Assembly: GCA_964564895.1 (NCBI GenBank)
Contig: CAZMCB010000003.1
Location: 6,800 to 64,904 of the forward strand
From: an uncultured Pseudomonadales bacterium
Lineage (GTDB): Bacteria > Patescibacteriota > Microgenomatia > UBA1400 > MFAQ01
Length of the DNA: 58,105 nucleotides
Reading direction: 5' to 3'
In this document: in pieces, positions 35,826 through 47,254 of the stretch
Numbering within the stretch: the first letter of the stretch is position 1
How the letters are laid out: every line of letters begins with the position of its first letter
Notes under the pieces: generated by a model
What the model saw: only the letters and a program-made list of their open reading frames with translations
What the model was told of the DNA's origin: nothing
Databases searched by the model: none
Program-made: the position numbers and the translations under genes

Positions 35826-37310
35826 ATGGACAATCAATTTCCTCTCCCCGGACCAATCACACCTGGGAACACAACTCCAATAGAGCCAGCCCCACTTCCT
35901 ACTCCAGAAGAAGCAGCTCCACCTCCTCCGAGTTACGTTGCTCCAGACTCCAAAAAACCACCCGTTGTCAAGCCGTCTCCTCTTAAAGTCATTCTTCCGA
36001 TTTTTGCAGGAGTTCTTGTGATTGGAGGAATAGTTTTCGGTATCACCAAGCTAATTAGTTCTCGCTCATCAACGAGCTCAACCCAACCCGGACAAGCCAT
36101 TACCATTACATACTATGGTTTATGGGAACCATCGTCTGTGATGAAACCGGTAATAGATGAGTTTGAAAAACAAAATCCAAATATCAAAATTAGTTATCAA
36201 TTGCAAAGCCCTCAAGATTATCAAGATCGTGTAAAAACAGCCCTCGAAGGTCAAAACTCTCCTGACATCGTAAGACTTCACTCCACGTGGCTTCCAATTT
36301 TTGCAAAAAGCCTTTTACCAGCACCTGCTAATTCTGTTTCAGCTACCGAAATTTCCACAAACTTTTATCCTATTGTTGCCAAAACTCTAGTCGCTGGTAC
36401 TCAAGTATATGGAATTCCTATGACCATGGAGGGCCTCGCTCTCTTTATGAACAACTCTATGTTCCAGCAGAAGTCACTTCAACCACCAAAAACTTGGGAA
36501 GATGTTCTTTCTTCAGCCAAGGCTCTCAAAGAAGTAGACCCTCTTACTGGAAAAATTGTTCGAGCAGGAATAGCGCTCGGAAATACTGCCAATATTGATC
36601 ACTGGCCAGATATTGTAAGCCTCATGCTTCTTCAAGCAGGCGTCAAACTCACCAATCTCACCGGACCCGAAGTCGCCGCTACCCTAAATTACTACACTGA
36701 TTTTGTAACAAAACACAGGGTTTGGGACGACACCATGCCACCATCTACAGTCGCTTTTGCCAATGAGAAAGTAGCCATGATAATTGCCCCCGCTTGGAGA
36801 GCCGCTGAAATAAAAGCCATTAACCCTTCTCTTTCTTGGCAAACAGTCTCTGTCCCTCAGCTTCCTGACTCAGACATAGTCAACTGGACATCTTTTTGGT
36901 TTGAAGCCGTCGGCAAAAATAGTAAACATCCAGCTGAAGCTTGGAAATTTGTAAGCTTCTTAGCCTCAGCCAAAGCTCAACAAATTCTATTTGACTCTGC
37001 AACTACAGAGAGAGAGTTTCCTCAACCTCCAGCCAACAAAGCTGTGGCTGCTCTAGCTCAAAACAATCCTGTTATTGCTCCCTTCGTCACCAGTCTTGAT
37101 ACAGCCCGTACTTTCTATACTGCCAGTCACACTCGAGACTCAAAAACGGCTTTAAACTCTCGTCTTATAAAGTATCTTGAAGACGCAGTCAACGCGGTGG
37201 CTCAAAACCAAGACTCAGTCAAATCTCTTGAAACTTTAAACAGTGGATTTATTCAGGTTTTATCCCAGTACGGCTTAGTTGCAGCTCCCATCTCCACCCC
37301 CACACCATAA
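35826..37310 (+). CDS. ABC-type (sugar family 1) solute-binding protein with Pro-rich N-terminus and TM anchor
   Basis: ITYYGLWEP, FEKQNPNIKI, PDIV, YGIPMTMEGLALFMN, FANEKVAM, EAWKFVSFL. ATG 35826 preferred. Confidence 0.8.
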   Translation: MDNQFPLPGPITPGNTTPIEPAPLPTPEEAAPPPPSYVAPDSKKPPVVKPSPLKVILPIFAGVLVIGGIVFGITKLISSRSSTSSTQPGQAITITYYGLWEPSSVMKPVIDEFEKQNPNIKISYQLQSPQDYQDRVKTALEGQNSPDIVRLHSTWLPIFAKSLLPAPANSVSATEISTNFYPIVAKTLVAGTQVYGIPMTMEGLALFMNNSMFQQKSLQPPKTWEDVLSSAKALKEVDPLTGKIVRAGIALGNTANIDHWPDIVSLMLLQAGVKLTNLTGPEVAATLNYYTDFVTKHRVWDDTMPPSTVAFANEKVAMIIAPAWRAAEIKAINPSLSWQTVSVPQLPDSDIVNWTSFWFEAVGKNSKHPAEAWKFVSFLASAKAQQILFDSATTEREFPQPPANKAVAALAQNNPVIAPFVTSLDTARTFYTASHTRDSKTALNSRLIKYLEDAVNAVAQNQDSVKSLETLNSGFIQVLSQYGLVAAPISTPTP

Positions 37311-37313
37311 TTT

Positions 37314-38129
37314 ATGGATCTAGCCAATGCAGTTTCCAAAACCAAGGCTTATGCGGGCTTCTTTAATTATCCTCTTTCAGAAGAGGAAACTCATCACTGG
37401 TTAATCTCAAAAAACGTCGTTTCTAAAGCATCTATCAAAAAGTTTTTTTCACCTTTAAATTCAAAAGAGCTAATCTACAAAAAGAATTTACTAAAAAATA
37501 CCAAAACAAAAGAAAAACTAGCTCTAGAAATATTAAAAATTACCCGATTTATCCCCTTTATCCGTCTTATTGCCCTTACAGGATCCGTCGCAGCAAACAA
37601 CTCAAAAAAAGAAGACGATTTAGATCTTTTAATTATTACTCAAGAGAACTCTCTTTGGTTAGTTAGACCATTATTTTTACTACTTCTGTCTTGTAATTTT
37701 TCTCGTCGACATCCAAGGGACGCCTCGCGCAAAACATCAAATGCCTTTTGTCCAAATCTCTGGTTAGACACTTCTTCTTTAAAAATTCCGGCAAATCGAC
37801 AGAATTTATATACAGCCCATGAAGTTCTTCAAATTAAACCACTCTTTGATAGGGGACAAACCTATCTTAATTTCATTTCAGCCAACCGCTGGACCAAGCA
37901 TTATCTTGCAAACGCTTATTATTCTTTCTCACAAAAAATTCCAGTCCAAAAACAAACACAACTCTATTCATATATTTTGTTTCCTCTAAATTTGCTATTG
38001 TTTTTTCTTCAATTTGTTTATATGTTACCTAAAAAAACCACTGAAACCGTTACTCTTCATACAGCTTTTTTTCACAAAAATAATCTTTCAAAAACACTCA
38101 ATAATCATCTCAAAAACAACTCGTTATAA
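37314..38129 (+). CDS. Pol-beta-superfamily nucleotidyltransferase-like protein
   Basis: IRLIALTGSVAANNSKKEDDLDLLII (GS-x-A..DxD); C-terminal hydrophobic helix. Confidence 0.6.
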   Translation: MDLANAVSKTKAYAGFFNYPLSEEETHHWLISKNVVSKASIKKFFSPLNSKELIYKKNLLKNTKTKEKLALEILKITRFIPFIRLIALTGSVAANNSKKEDDLDLLIITQENSLWLVRPLFLLLLSCNFSRRHPRDASRKTSNAFCPNLWLDTSSLKIPANRQNLYTAHEVLQIKPLFDRGQTYLNFISANRWTKHYLANAYYSFSQKIPVQKQTQLYSYILFPLNLLLFFLQFVYMLPKKTTETVTLHTAFFHKNNLSKTLNNHLKNNSL

Positions 38130-38140
38130 TTACCTAAGAC

Positions 38141-38947
38141 ATGGACATCTTTACTACCTATTTTTATCAGCCGTTTTTTAATATTTTAGTTGGAATTTAT
38201 TGGTTAGTTGGTCAAGTATTTCCAAACCCAGACATGGGAATTGCCGTTATTTTGTTTGCTGTTGCTGTTCGCATAATTCTTCTACCTATCGACCTAGCCG
38301 GAGATCGTTCTGCAGAGGACAAATACAAGATTTCCGAAAAAATCAAAGAACTTAAAAAAGAACTTGCAGCAGATCCTATCCGACTTAGATCAGAGATGAA
38401 GAAAGTTATGCGTACTCGTCCTGGAGCCATTATTTCCGAAATCATCAATGTCATTATTCAGGTACTGGTTATCTTGATGCTTTATCGCATATTTGTAACA
38501 GGGCTCGAGGGAGCTGATCTTCACCTTCTTTACAGCTTCATGCCCAAAATTCAAACACCAATTAATCTAATGTTCCTTGGGGTTTATGATCTATCACACA
38601 CAAACAACTCTCTAAACGTTCTTCAGAGCGTCATGATTGCCGCAAATGAGGCTATGCATTTATATTTTTCTCCTGTAAAACCAGACAAGAAAGATTTTGT
38701 ATCTTTAGTTATTCTATTTCCAATAGTCTGTTTTATTGTCTTTATGTTCCTTCCTGCCGGTAAAAAAATATATATTATTACCTCAATTGCCTTTACCATG
38801 ACAGTACGAATCGTCAAGCAGCTTATGTACCTCGTATATTCTTTTCAAAAAAAACCAGCTCCTGTGCCTGTTGAAGATACCTCATCCGTCTCGGAAAAAG
38901 ACCTTCCCTCAATGCCAACCCCAACATCTGACGAAAAGAAGATATAA
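38141..38947 (+). CDS. Second YidC/Oxa1-family insertase
   Basis: DMGIAVILFAVAVRIILLP, MFLG.YDL, LPAGKKIYIITS; divergent paralogue of 22525-23277. Confidence 0.75.
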   Translation: MDIFTTYFYQPFFNILVGIYWLVGQVFPNPDMGIAVILFAVAVRIILLPIDLAGDRSAEDKYKISEKIKELKKELAADPIRLRSEMKKVMRTRPGAIISEIINVIIQVLVILMLYRIFVTGLEGADLHLLYSFMPKIQTPINLMFLGVYDLSHTNNSLNVLQSVMIAANEAMHLYFSPVKPDKKDFVSLVILFPIVCFIVFMFLPAGKKIYIITSIAFTMTVRIVKQLMYLVYSFQKKPAPVPVEDTSSVSEKDLPSMPTPTSDEKKI

Positions 38948-38958
38948 TATGAAAAGCT

Positions 38959-39570
38959 ATGGCAGATTTTGATAAATTGGTTGTATCCTTCCTCGTTGAC
39001 GAAATCGTCGGCGGATTTTTCATTTCAGTTCCTCCAGGACATGTTGCCTGTGTTTATGATCGTGGTCGTGGAGTTCTCAAGAGTGTATGGGGTCCGGGTC
39101 TTCATCTCAAAATCCCCTTTTGGCAAATAGCTAAGTTATTTAACGCTCAAATTCTCGAATACACCATTCGTCATGGTTTTGATTTATCCCAAAAAGAGTC
39201 TTTAGGAGATGAACCTATTGTAGCCATGACCAAAGATGGTAAAACTATCTCTATCGAAGGCTCAATTCTATTCAAACTAGATAAAGCCAACGCCCCCGAA
39301 CTTTGGGAAAATATTGGAGACAATTTTATCTCAAAAGTTGTTCGTCCTTATTCTCGAAGCCGAATTTCCTCTGGCTTTAGTAAACATAATGCAGGAGATA
39401 TAAGCTCCGAAAGATCAAAAATTGAAAACACCATCAAAGAAGAGCTCAATAAACTATTTGAAGACAAAGGTCTTATTATTGAGAGCGTTCTTTTGTCCGA
39501 GATAAAAATTGTTGATTCCGGTTCAAAACAACCCGTTCAGACAATAGTCTCCACTCCCGCAACAGCTTAA
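38959..39570 (+). CDS. SPFH/prohibitin (band 7) domain protein without TM anchor
   Basis: VPPGHVACVYDRGRGV..WGPGLHLKIPF, MTKDGKTISIEGSILF, ERSKIE..IKEEL..KGLIIESVLLSEI. Confidence 0.8.
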   Translation: MADFDKLVVSFLVDEIVGGFFISVPPGHVACVYDRGRGVLKSVWGPGLHLKIPFWQIAKLFNAQILEYTIRHGFDLSQKESLGDEPIVAMTKDGKTISIEGSILFKLDKANAPELWENIGDNFISKVVRPYSRSRISSGFSKHNAGDISSERSKIENTIKEELNKLFEDKGLIIESVLLSEIKIVDSGSKQPVQTIVSTPATA

Positions 39571-39589
39571 GTTTGTATATACTAATATC

Positions 39590-42500
39590 ATGGCCTCGCC
39601 CAACTATTCTGTACTGCAGATTCGTCCTGCCAAAGACTCGCTTACTGGCCAAGCTGCCTTTGTTGAGTTTTTAGCCTCAATCAAGTCTTCTCTCAAGGCT
39701 GGTTTCATTGATAGACTTTTAAACACCTTTGAAACAATTACCTTAGAGATAGCTAATCTCAACCAAACAACATATTTTGTTATAGCTTGTCCTCCACGAC
39801 TTGAACACCTAGTTCGCTCACAAGTAGCCGCTCAGTATCCTACAGCTCTTATTACTCCAATGAAAGACTATCTTTCTGACTGGCTTACTCACGGTGAACC
39901 TCAGATGGGTCAACTAGTTCTCACCGGCCCATCAACCTTACCCATAAACGTCACTGAGGACGAAAAGGTTGACCAAATGACAGCTATTTTGGGTAGTCTC
40001 TCGAGAATTCCAACCGGACAAGCCGCAGTAATTCAAATCTGTCTATTTGCCGCTCCAGAAAACTGGCAAAAAGCATTACGAAAGACACTTGAACCAAAGC
40101 CTGTTGCCGAAGGTCAGCCCAAACCACCACCTAGTGCAGAAAAAACAATGGTCGAACGAAAGCTTGCCTACCAAGCTTTTGGTTGTGATATTCGTCTCGT
40201 TGCAGTTTCGCCCAGCGAAGCAACCTCTGGTCAGCTTTTATCGCAGATTGCAGCTGCTTTTGGAACTTACTCTCTTTCAGAGGGAAATGGTTTCAAGCTA
40301 AAAGTCGTCAAACCTGCCTCTGCCAAAAAATTAAGTGAAATGATCATCGAGCGATCCGCTAAGTTCTCAAATCAATATCAATTTTTAAATTACTCAGAAA
40401 TCTCCGCCATTTATCACTTCCCAGGTTTTAACTTAGCCAATATTAAGGGTATTGCCTGGGGAAAAACCCTCAGAGGAGAGCCTCCAGTCAATCTTCCCAT
40501 CGCCGAAGACATGACCGAAGAGGAAAAAAAGGAAGTAAATTTCTTTGCCAAAACCGAGTTCAAAAACAGAATGGTCTCTTTTGGAATGAAAAAAGGGGAA
40601 GATCGTCGCCGCCATGTTTATGTCTTGGGTAAATCTGGTACTGGTAAATCAACCCTCCTAGCTAACATGGCCATAAGTGATATTCGTCACGGTGAAGGAA
40701 TGGCTCTTGTTGATCCTCATGGTGACACCGCCGAACATCTTCTTGATTACATTCCTGCAGACAGAATTCAAGACGTCGCGTATCTTGACCCATCAGTTGT
40801 CGGCAAATCTTTTCATCTAAACCCTCTATATGTCAAAAACCAAGCCTACGCCGAGCTTGTTGCCTCAGGCATCGTTTCTATTTTTAGTAAGCTCTATGGC
40901 AATTCATGGGGTCCTCGTTTGGAATATATTTTGCGTAACTGTTTGTTGACTTTAGTTGCCAAGCCAGGTGCAACACTTCTTGACGTTCCTCGCATACTAA
41001 CCAACAAAGTTTTTCGTGAAGAGTATCTTGCTGCCGTTCAAGATCCAGTACTTCATAACTTTTGGCACGATGAGTATGACAAATACTCCGAAAAGTTCCA
41101 ATCTGAGGCTATTTCACCTATTTTAAACAAGGTTGGTCAGTTTATTACTTCACCCACAATTAGAGACATCATCAGCCATCCAACATCTACAGTTGATTTT
41201 GAAGACTTAATGAACAATGGCAAAATTATTATTCTCAATCTTCCTCAAGGAAAAATTGGTGAAGACAATGCAGCCTTACTAGGTGCCATGTTCATTTCTC
41301 AAATTCAGATCGCCGCCATGAATCGTGCCAACATGGCCGAGTCAGAACGAAAAGATTTCTTCCTTTACGTCGATGAGTTCCAAAACTTTGCCACAACTTC
41401 GTTTATAAAGATTCTCTCTGAGGCACGTAAGTATCGTCTCAATTTAATTCTTGCAAACCAGTATACTGCCCAGCTTCCCATAGAAATTCAAGATGCCATT
41501 TTTGGGAACGCCGGAACGCTCATTAGTTTTGTGGTTGGTGCAGCAGATGCAAACCGTCTCATGAACGAGCTCGGAAACTTTTACACTCAAGATGATCTCG
41601 TCGGCTTAGCTCGATATCAAATAATCGTTAAAATCTCCGTCAACGCTTCGATTTCTAATCCTTTCTCAGCCACAACGCTTCCTCTTCCAGAAGACAAGAG
41701 TGGTAATCGCCAACGAATCATTGAAATGAGCGAAGAACAATTTTATAGAAAAACTGAAGCACTCGATATGACTCAAGCGTCAATTTATGCTCCTAGTCCA
41801 CCTCCAGCCCCCAAGAGGGAATATCGCCCTAACCCCCAGCCATACTCAAATCAAAGATCTGAAGACCGCTCATACTTTCAGGCTACTCCTTACAGACCTC
41901 AACAACAGCCTCCACGCCCCAATTATTCTCCTCCGTCACATCCGGTAGAGAGACCTACTTCTCAAACACACACACTCCCTTCAAGGCCAATTCCTCCAGT
42001 TGCAAAGATTACTTCTAAAGAACCAACTCTTGAAGACTTAGACAAAGACAGGGCTGAAGGTCTTCGACCGAGTGTGGTTGGGTGTTTCTTAAACTCTGGC
42101 AAGATACTTTTTGTCTATCAAAAAAATCACAAACTCTGGCAGCTACCTCAAGGGGGAGTAGACAATCGAGAGAACATAGTCCAAGCATTCAAACGTGAAA
42201 TGACCGAAGAACTTGGAGAAAATTTTGTAAAACAAACAAGCTTCAAGCCAACTTTAATTATTGTCGATAAGATTGAGTTCCCGCCAGACAAACAAGGTCT
42301 GCGCGATATGCAGACAGACGCAGGTGTAGATGTAGTAATGAAAGGGAAAAAATACTATTTTCTTTACGCCACCTCTTCCTCATCCAATTTGATATTTCCA
42401 AGCGATGAAGAATACAATGATTTTAAGTGGGTAAGTTATGACGAGGCTGTAGAACTATCAAAGTCATCGTCTCAAGGAGGTAAGCTCAGAATTACCACAG

Positions 42501-42784
42501 CTGCCCTTGAAGCTCTAAAAACAAAAAATCTTCTTAATTCAGAAACCAAAGTTATTAATCAAAACAAAAAAGATGAATCCAGATCAACCAATCGACCCCC
42601 AAGGTCAAATTCCAAGCCAGCCTCTTTCACCAACCCCCCCAGAGCCAACACCACAACAGACTTGGCCAATCGACCAGAATCAACCATCACTACCTCCAGC
42701 GGAGGAGACAGCCTCCCAACCGTTACCCCAGAGCCAGGAGCCAACCTCCCAGCCTCCATCCCCAGTAACCCCACCTCAGCCTAA
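39590..42784 (+). CDS. VirD4/TraG-like coupling ATPase fused to a C-terminal Nudix hydrolase
   Basis: RRRHVYVLGKSGTGKS, DPHGD, FLYVDEFQNF, SEARKYRL; then P/Q-rich linker and LWQLPQGGVDNRENIVQAFKREMTEELG (Nudix box). Confidence 0.8.
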   Translation: MASPNYSVLQIRPAKDSLTGQAAFVEFLASIKSSLKAGFIDRLLNTFETITLEIANLNQTTYFVIACPPRLEHLVRSQVAAQYPTALITPMKDYLSDWLTHGEPQMGQLVLTGPSTLPINVTEDEKVDQMTAILGSLSRIPTGQAAVIQICLFAAPENWQKALRKTLEPKPVAEGQPKPPPSAEKTMVERKLAYQAFGCDIRLVAVSPSEATSGQLLSQIAAAFGTYSLSEGNGFKLKVVKPASAKKLSEMIIERSAKFSNQYQFLNYSEISAIYHFPGFNLANIKGIAWGKTLRGEPPVNLPIAEDMTEEEKKEVNFFAKTEFKNRMVSFGMKKGEDRRRHVYVLGKSGTGKSTLLANMAISDIRHGEGMALVDPHGDTAEHLLDYIPADRIQDVAYLDPSVVGKSFHLNPLYVKNQAYAELVASGIVSIFSKLYGNSWGPRLEYILRNCLLTLVAKPGATLLDVPRILTNKVFREEYLAAVQDPVLHNFWHDEYDKYSEKFQSEAISPILNKVGQFITSPTIRDIISHPTSTVDFEDLMNNGKIIILNLPQGKIGEDNAALLGAMFISQIQIAAMNRANMAESERKDFFLYVDEFQNFATTSFIKILSEARKYRLNLILANQYTAQLPIEIQDAIFGNAGTLISFVVGAADANRLMNELGNFYTQDDLVGLARYQIIVKISVNASISNPFSATTLPLPEDKSGNRQRIIEMSEEQFYRKTEALDMTQASIYAPSPPPAPKREYRPNPQPYSNQRSEDRSYFQATPYRPQQQPPRPNYSPPSHPVERPTSQTHTLPSRPIPPVAKITSKEPTLEDLDKDRAEGLRPSVVGCFLNSGKILFVYQKNHKLWQLPQGGVDNRENIVQAFKREMTEELGENFVKQTSFKPTLIIVDKIEFPPDKQGLRDMQTDAGVDVVMKGKKYYFLYATSSSSNLIFPSDEEYNDFKWVSYDEAVELSKSSSQGGKLRITTAALEALKTKNLLNSETKVINQNKKDESRSTNRPPRSNSKPASFTNPPRANTTTDLANRPESTITTSSGGDSLPTVTPEPGANLPASIPSNPTSA

Positions 42785-43040
42785 AAAATCTGGTTTCTTA
42801 AAAACGTTTTTTATTGTCATTGCCTTAATTCTTTTTGGAATTCTTCTTGGTGTCCTCGCTGCCAGATATATCCCAATGCCAAGTGCTGTCGTTACGCCAA
42901 CGCCCACACCAACCACATTAATTACACCCACACCCACCGTGTCGGTTAATCCTTCAGCTTCAATCTCTGGCGTAATAGTACAGAACGCTTCAATCTCTGG
43001 TGAGCTGGTTAAAGACGCATCAAGCTCAGCTCAGTTGTAA
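42573..43040 (+). CDS. Pro/Gln-rich single-TM protein
   Basis: Pro-rich N-terminus, KKSGFLK-TM, TPTPTP linker; overlaps the last 212 nt of the VirD4-Nudix ORF in another frame. Confidence 0.7.
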   Translation: MNPDQPIDPQGQIPSQPLSPTPPEPTPQQTWPIDQNQPSLPPAEETASQPLPQSQEPTSQPPSPVTPPQPKKSGFLKTFFIVIALILFGILLGVLAARYIPMPSAVVTPTPTPTTLITPTPTVSVNPSASISGVIVQNASISGELVKDASSSAQL

Positions 43041-43106
43041 AAGAAGCTCTAAAACTAAACAATTGTTCAGTCATAAAGAGACAGACGATGATTTAAATAG
43101 ATAAAA

Positions 43107-44012
43107 ATGGATAATCAGATTGTCAATCAATCCACCCAAACGAGCGAAACTCCGCCGCAGATAAACACGCCCACACCTCAGCCAATATCTCAACATATCC
43201 AAAACCCTCCCAAAAACTCAAACTTATTAATAATCATCCTTGTTGTAGCCATAGTTGTTACTGGTATTGTTTTTGGAATTCTCGTCACCAAACTCCTTTC
43301 GGATGCTAACAAATCAGCCTCAGTAACAAATATTGAAGGAACAGAAAGCTGGCTTACGTACACAAACAAAGCTTTAAAATACTCCATAAGCTATCCTTCT
43401 TCTTGGACGCTTCAAAATTTGTCAAACGGAAAGTTAATTAAAATTTACAATCAACCAGATAAAACAAAACCGGTAGGCGAGATATTTATAGAAAAAGTTT
43501 CCTTAGTCCCAATAAATATTAATGAGTATGTCGATACTGTGGCGATTGGGAATACTCAATTTCGGTGCTATTCCGATCAAGTGTCAAAGACGTGGTGCTA
43601 TCTTGAAAATGGAAAGTCCATAAAAATATCTCTTTTGATAATAAAAGATCAGGATGAAACATACAATCTTGTTTTGTATAAGATTCTTTCTACATTCAAT
43701 CTCAGGTCTGAGCTGGCAAAGATTTCTACAGAGCAGTTAACTGCCGGCTGGTACTGGGGGAACAAAGAGCAAAAACTCCCTGGGACTCCACTAACATGGA
43801 CATATACCGAAGCAGGCAAAAGCTCTTGTTGGCACAAGGCAGGAGTAACTTGTAAGGAAGTATCAAATACTACGGTAAATTATTCTTGCCCAGCGAGTGG
43901 TTGGGTTGACTGTATGCCCGTACTTGATGCCACCAAAACTGCTGCTTGTTCCTTCGAGGCGATGGAATGGTACAAAACCAACTGCCCCAATTTCCAAGGT
44001 GCGGCTCTCTAG
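43107..44012 (+). CDS. Single-TM surface protein (PsbP-like domain + Cys/Trp-rich tail)
   Basis: TM helix; WLTYTNKALKYSISYPSSW; tail GWYWG..KLPGTP..W and CP..GWVDCMP...NCP. Confidence 0.55.
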   Translation: MDNQIVNQSTQTSETPPQINTPTPQPISQHIQNPPKNSNLLIIILVVAIVVTGIVFGILVTKLLSDANKSASVTNIEGTESWLTYTNKALKYSISYPSSWTLQNLSNGKLIKIYNQPDKTKPVGEIFIEKVSLVPININEYVDTVAIGNTQFRCYSDQVSKTWCYLENGKSIKISLLIIKDQDETYNLVLYKILSTFNLRSELAKISTEQLTAGWYWGNKEQKLPGTPLTWTYTEAGKSSCWHKAGVTCKEVSNTTVNYSCPASGWVDCMPVLDATKTAACSFEAMEWYKTNCPNFQGAAL

Positions 44013-44043
44013 GTCTTGACAAATATATTTGTTTTGTTTAAAA

Positions 44044-44070
44044 ATAGCACTCATAAGAGGAGAGTGCTAG
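44044..44070. promoter_or_regulatory. CIRCE operator (HrcA site)
   Basis: ATAGCACTC-N9-GAGTGCTAG upstream of groES; TTGACA at 44016-21, TATACT at 44078-83. Confidence 0.9.
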
Positions 44071-44117
44071 CATAGTGTATACTCAACTCTTAGGTCTTAT
44101 CAATTAAATTAATACGT

Positions 44118-46048
<1,931 letters not shown>

Positions 46049-46064
46049 TTAAATGTAATGTTTT

Positions 46065-46094
46065 AAAAAGAGCCTCTCTCGAGGCTCTTTTTTT
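46065..46094 (+). terminator. Intrinsic terminator after groEL
   Basis: A5-GAGCCTC-TCTC-GAGGCTC-T7. Confidence 0.9.
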
Positions 46095-46134
46095 GATATA
46101 ATCGCTCCAATCTGCACTCTAAAAGGAGAACAAA

Positions 46135-46461
46135 ATGTCCCCACAAGCTGATCAAGGGCTCGAGAAGGAAATTGTCAACATAAAATTAAGACAAGAACAA
46201 TCTCTAAATAATTACTTTGATAACTATGTTTGCAAAACCGCCCTTCATATTGCCGAAACCCGACAAAAATTTGAAAAAGAAAACCCAGGAATAGATTTTG
46301 AACAGTCGTTTTTAATAGGCTTTCTTGATGATAATAAATCTCTTGTCGTTTTTCGTTTTACCAATGGACAATGGAGCTGCTATGCCACTGGTTACGAGAG
46401 TTACAAAGAAAGAGACAGTTGTCTGATTAATCTCCTCGATAAATTTCTCCACGTAAAATAA
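46135..46461 (+). CDS. Hypothetical protein with canonical Shine-Dalgarno
   Basis: TG-a-TATAAT at 46094-46102, AAGGAG at 46123-28, 108 aa. Confidence 0.7.
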   Translation: MSPQADQGLEKEIVNIKLRQEQSLNNYFDNYVCKTALHIAETRQKFEKENPGIDFEQSFLIGFLDDNKSLVVFRFTNGQWSCYATGYESYKERDSCLINLLDKFLHVK

Positions 46462-46462
46462 C

Positions 46463-46492
46463 AAAAGCCCCCTAAAGATAGGGGGCCTTTTT
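46463..46492. terminator. Bidirectional terminator
   Basis: AAAA-GCCCCCT-AAAGAT-AGGGGGC-C-TTTTT between convergent genes. Confidence 0.8.
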
Positions 46493-46512
46493 ATTACTTG
46501 TTTAATAATATC

Positions 46513-46580
46513 TTATCCACAAAAAACATTAGTTTTCCACACAAGATAAATGATTGATAAATCAATCCATATTATGCACA
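46513..46580 (+). promoter_or_regulatory. Cluster of three co-oriented DnaA boxes
   Basis: TTATCCACA 46513-21, TTTTCCACA 46533-41, TTATGCACA 46572-80. Confidence 0.6.
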
Positions 46581-46597
46581 AAACTGTTGGAAACTCT

Positions 46598-47194
46598 TTA
46601 CCTCTTGTTTACCGTACCTAAAGCGAGGTAAGGCTGAGGGTTAATATTCTTTTCGTTTTTGATCACTTCCAAATGAAGGTGGGGGCCGGTAGTTTTTCCT
46701 GTAAGTCCAACCTCACCAATAGGTTTATCGGTTGTGACAGTATCTCCTTCGTTTACGAAGACTTTACCCATGTGTCCATATAGAGATACGATTCCGTTTC
46801 CGTTATCAATAGATACATATCTTCCATAACCATATCTAAGGTATGAAACCTTAATAACCACACCATCTTTAATAGGATAAATCTTAGATCCCAAAGGAGC
46901 TGTAAGGTCAATTCCTGGGTGTCCATAATGGAACCCCTGAGAAATACCTGTGTATTCAGGAAGAACATTGGCAAAACTTTTACGGGTCTCAACAGGAATC
47001 TCTGAGTTTAGAGACTGCATGTTAGCTGTAGCCACTGTTTGGTCGATAGGAAGAAAAACTAAACCAGAAGCAAGGGAGGTCACCGAGATGACTCCGCCCA
47101 AGACGGATTTAAAAGTTTTTCCTTCGAACATCGGTCTAATAAGTTTTGAGACGGGGTTAGATGTTCTGGTTTTAGGTAGTATGTTTAGTATCAT
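46598..47194 (-). CDS. M23-family metallopeptidase (peptidoglycan endopeptidase)
   Basis: ISQGFHYGHPGIDL, YGHM, TGKTTGPHLHLE; N-terminal hydrophobic segment. Confidence 0.9.
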   Translation of the reverse strand: MILNILPKTRTSNPVSKLIRPMFEGKTFKSVLGGVISVTSLASGLVFLPIDQTVATANMQSLNSEIPVETRKSFANVLPEYTGISQGFHYGHPGIDLTAPLGSKIYPIKDGVVIKVSYLRYGYGRYVSIDNGNGIVSLYGHMGKVFVNEGDTVTTDKPIGEVGLTGKTTGPHLHLEVIKNEKNINPQPYLALGTVNKR

Positions 47195-47223
47195 AAACGC
47201 GGGTATAAGCCCACCTTAGGTAC

Positions 47224-47247
47224 AAAAAAAGCTTGAATTTCTCAAGC
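47224..47247 (-). terminator. Terminator-like hairpin at the very start of the M23 transcript
   Basis: Minus strand GCTTGA-GAAAT-TCAAGC-TTTTTTT, 7 nt after the -10 box. Confidence 0.7.
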
Positions 47248-47254
47248 GAACGGT

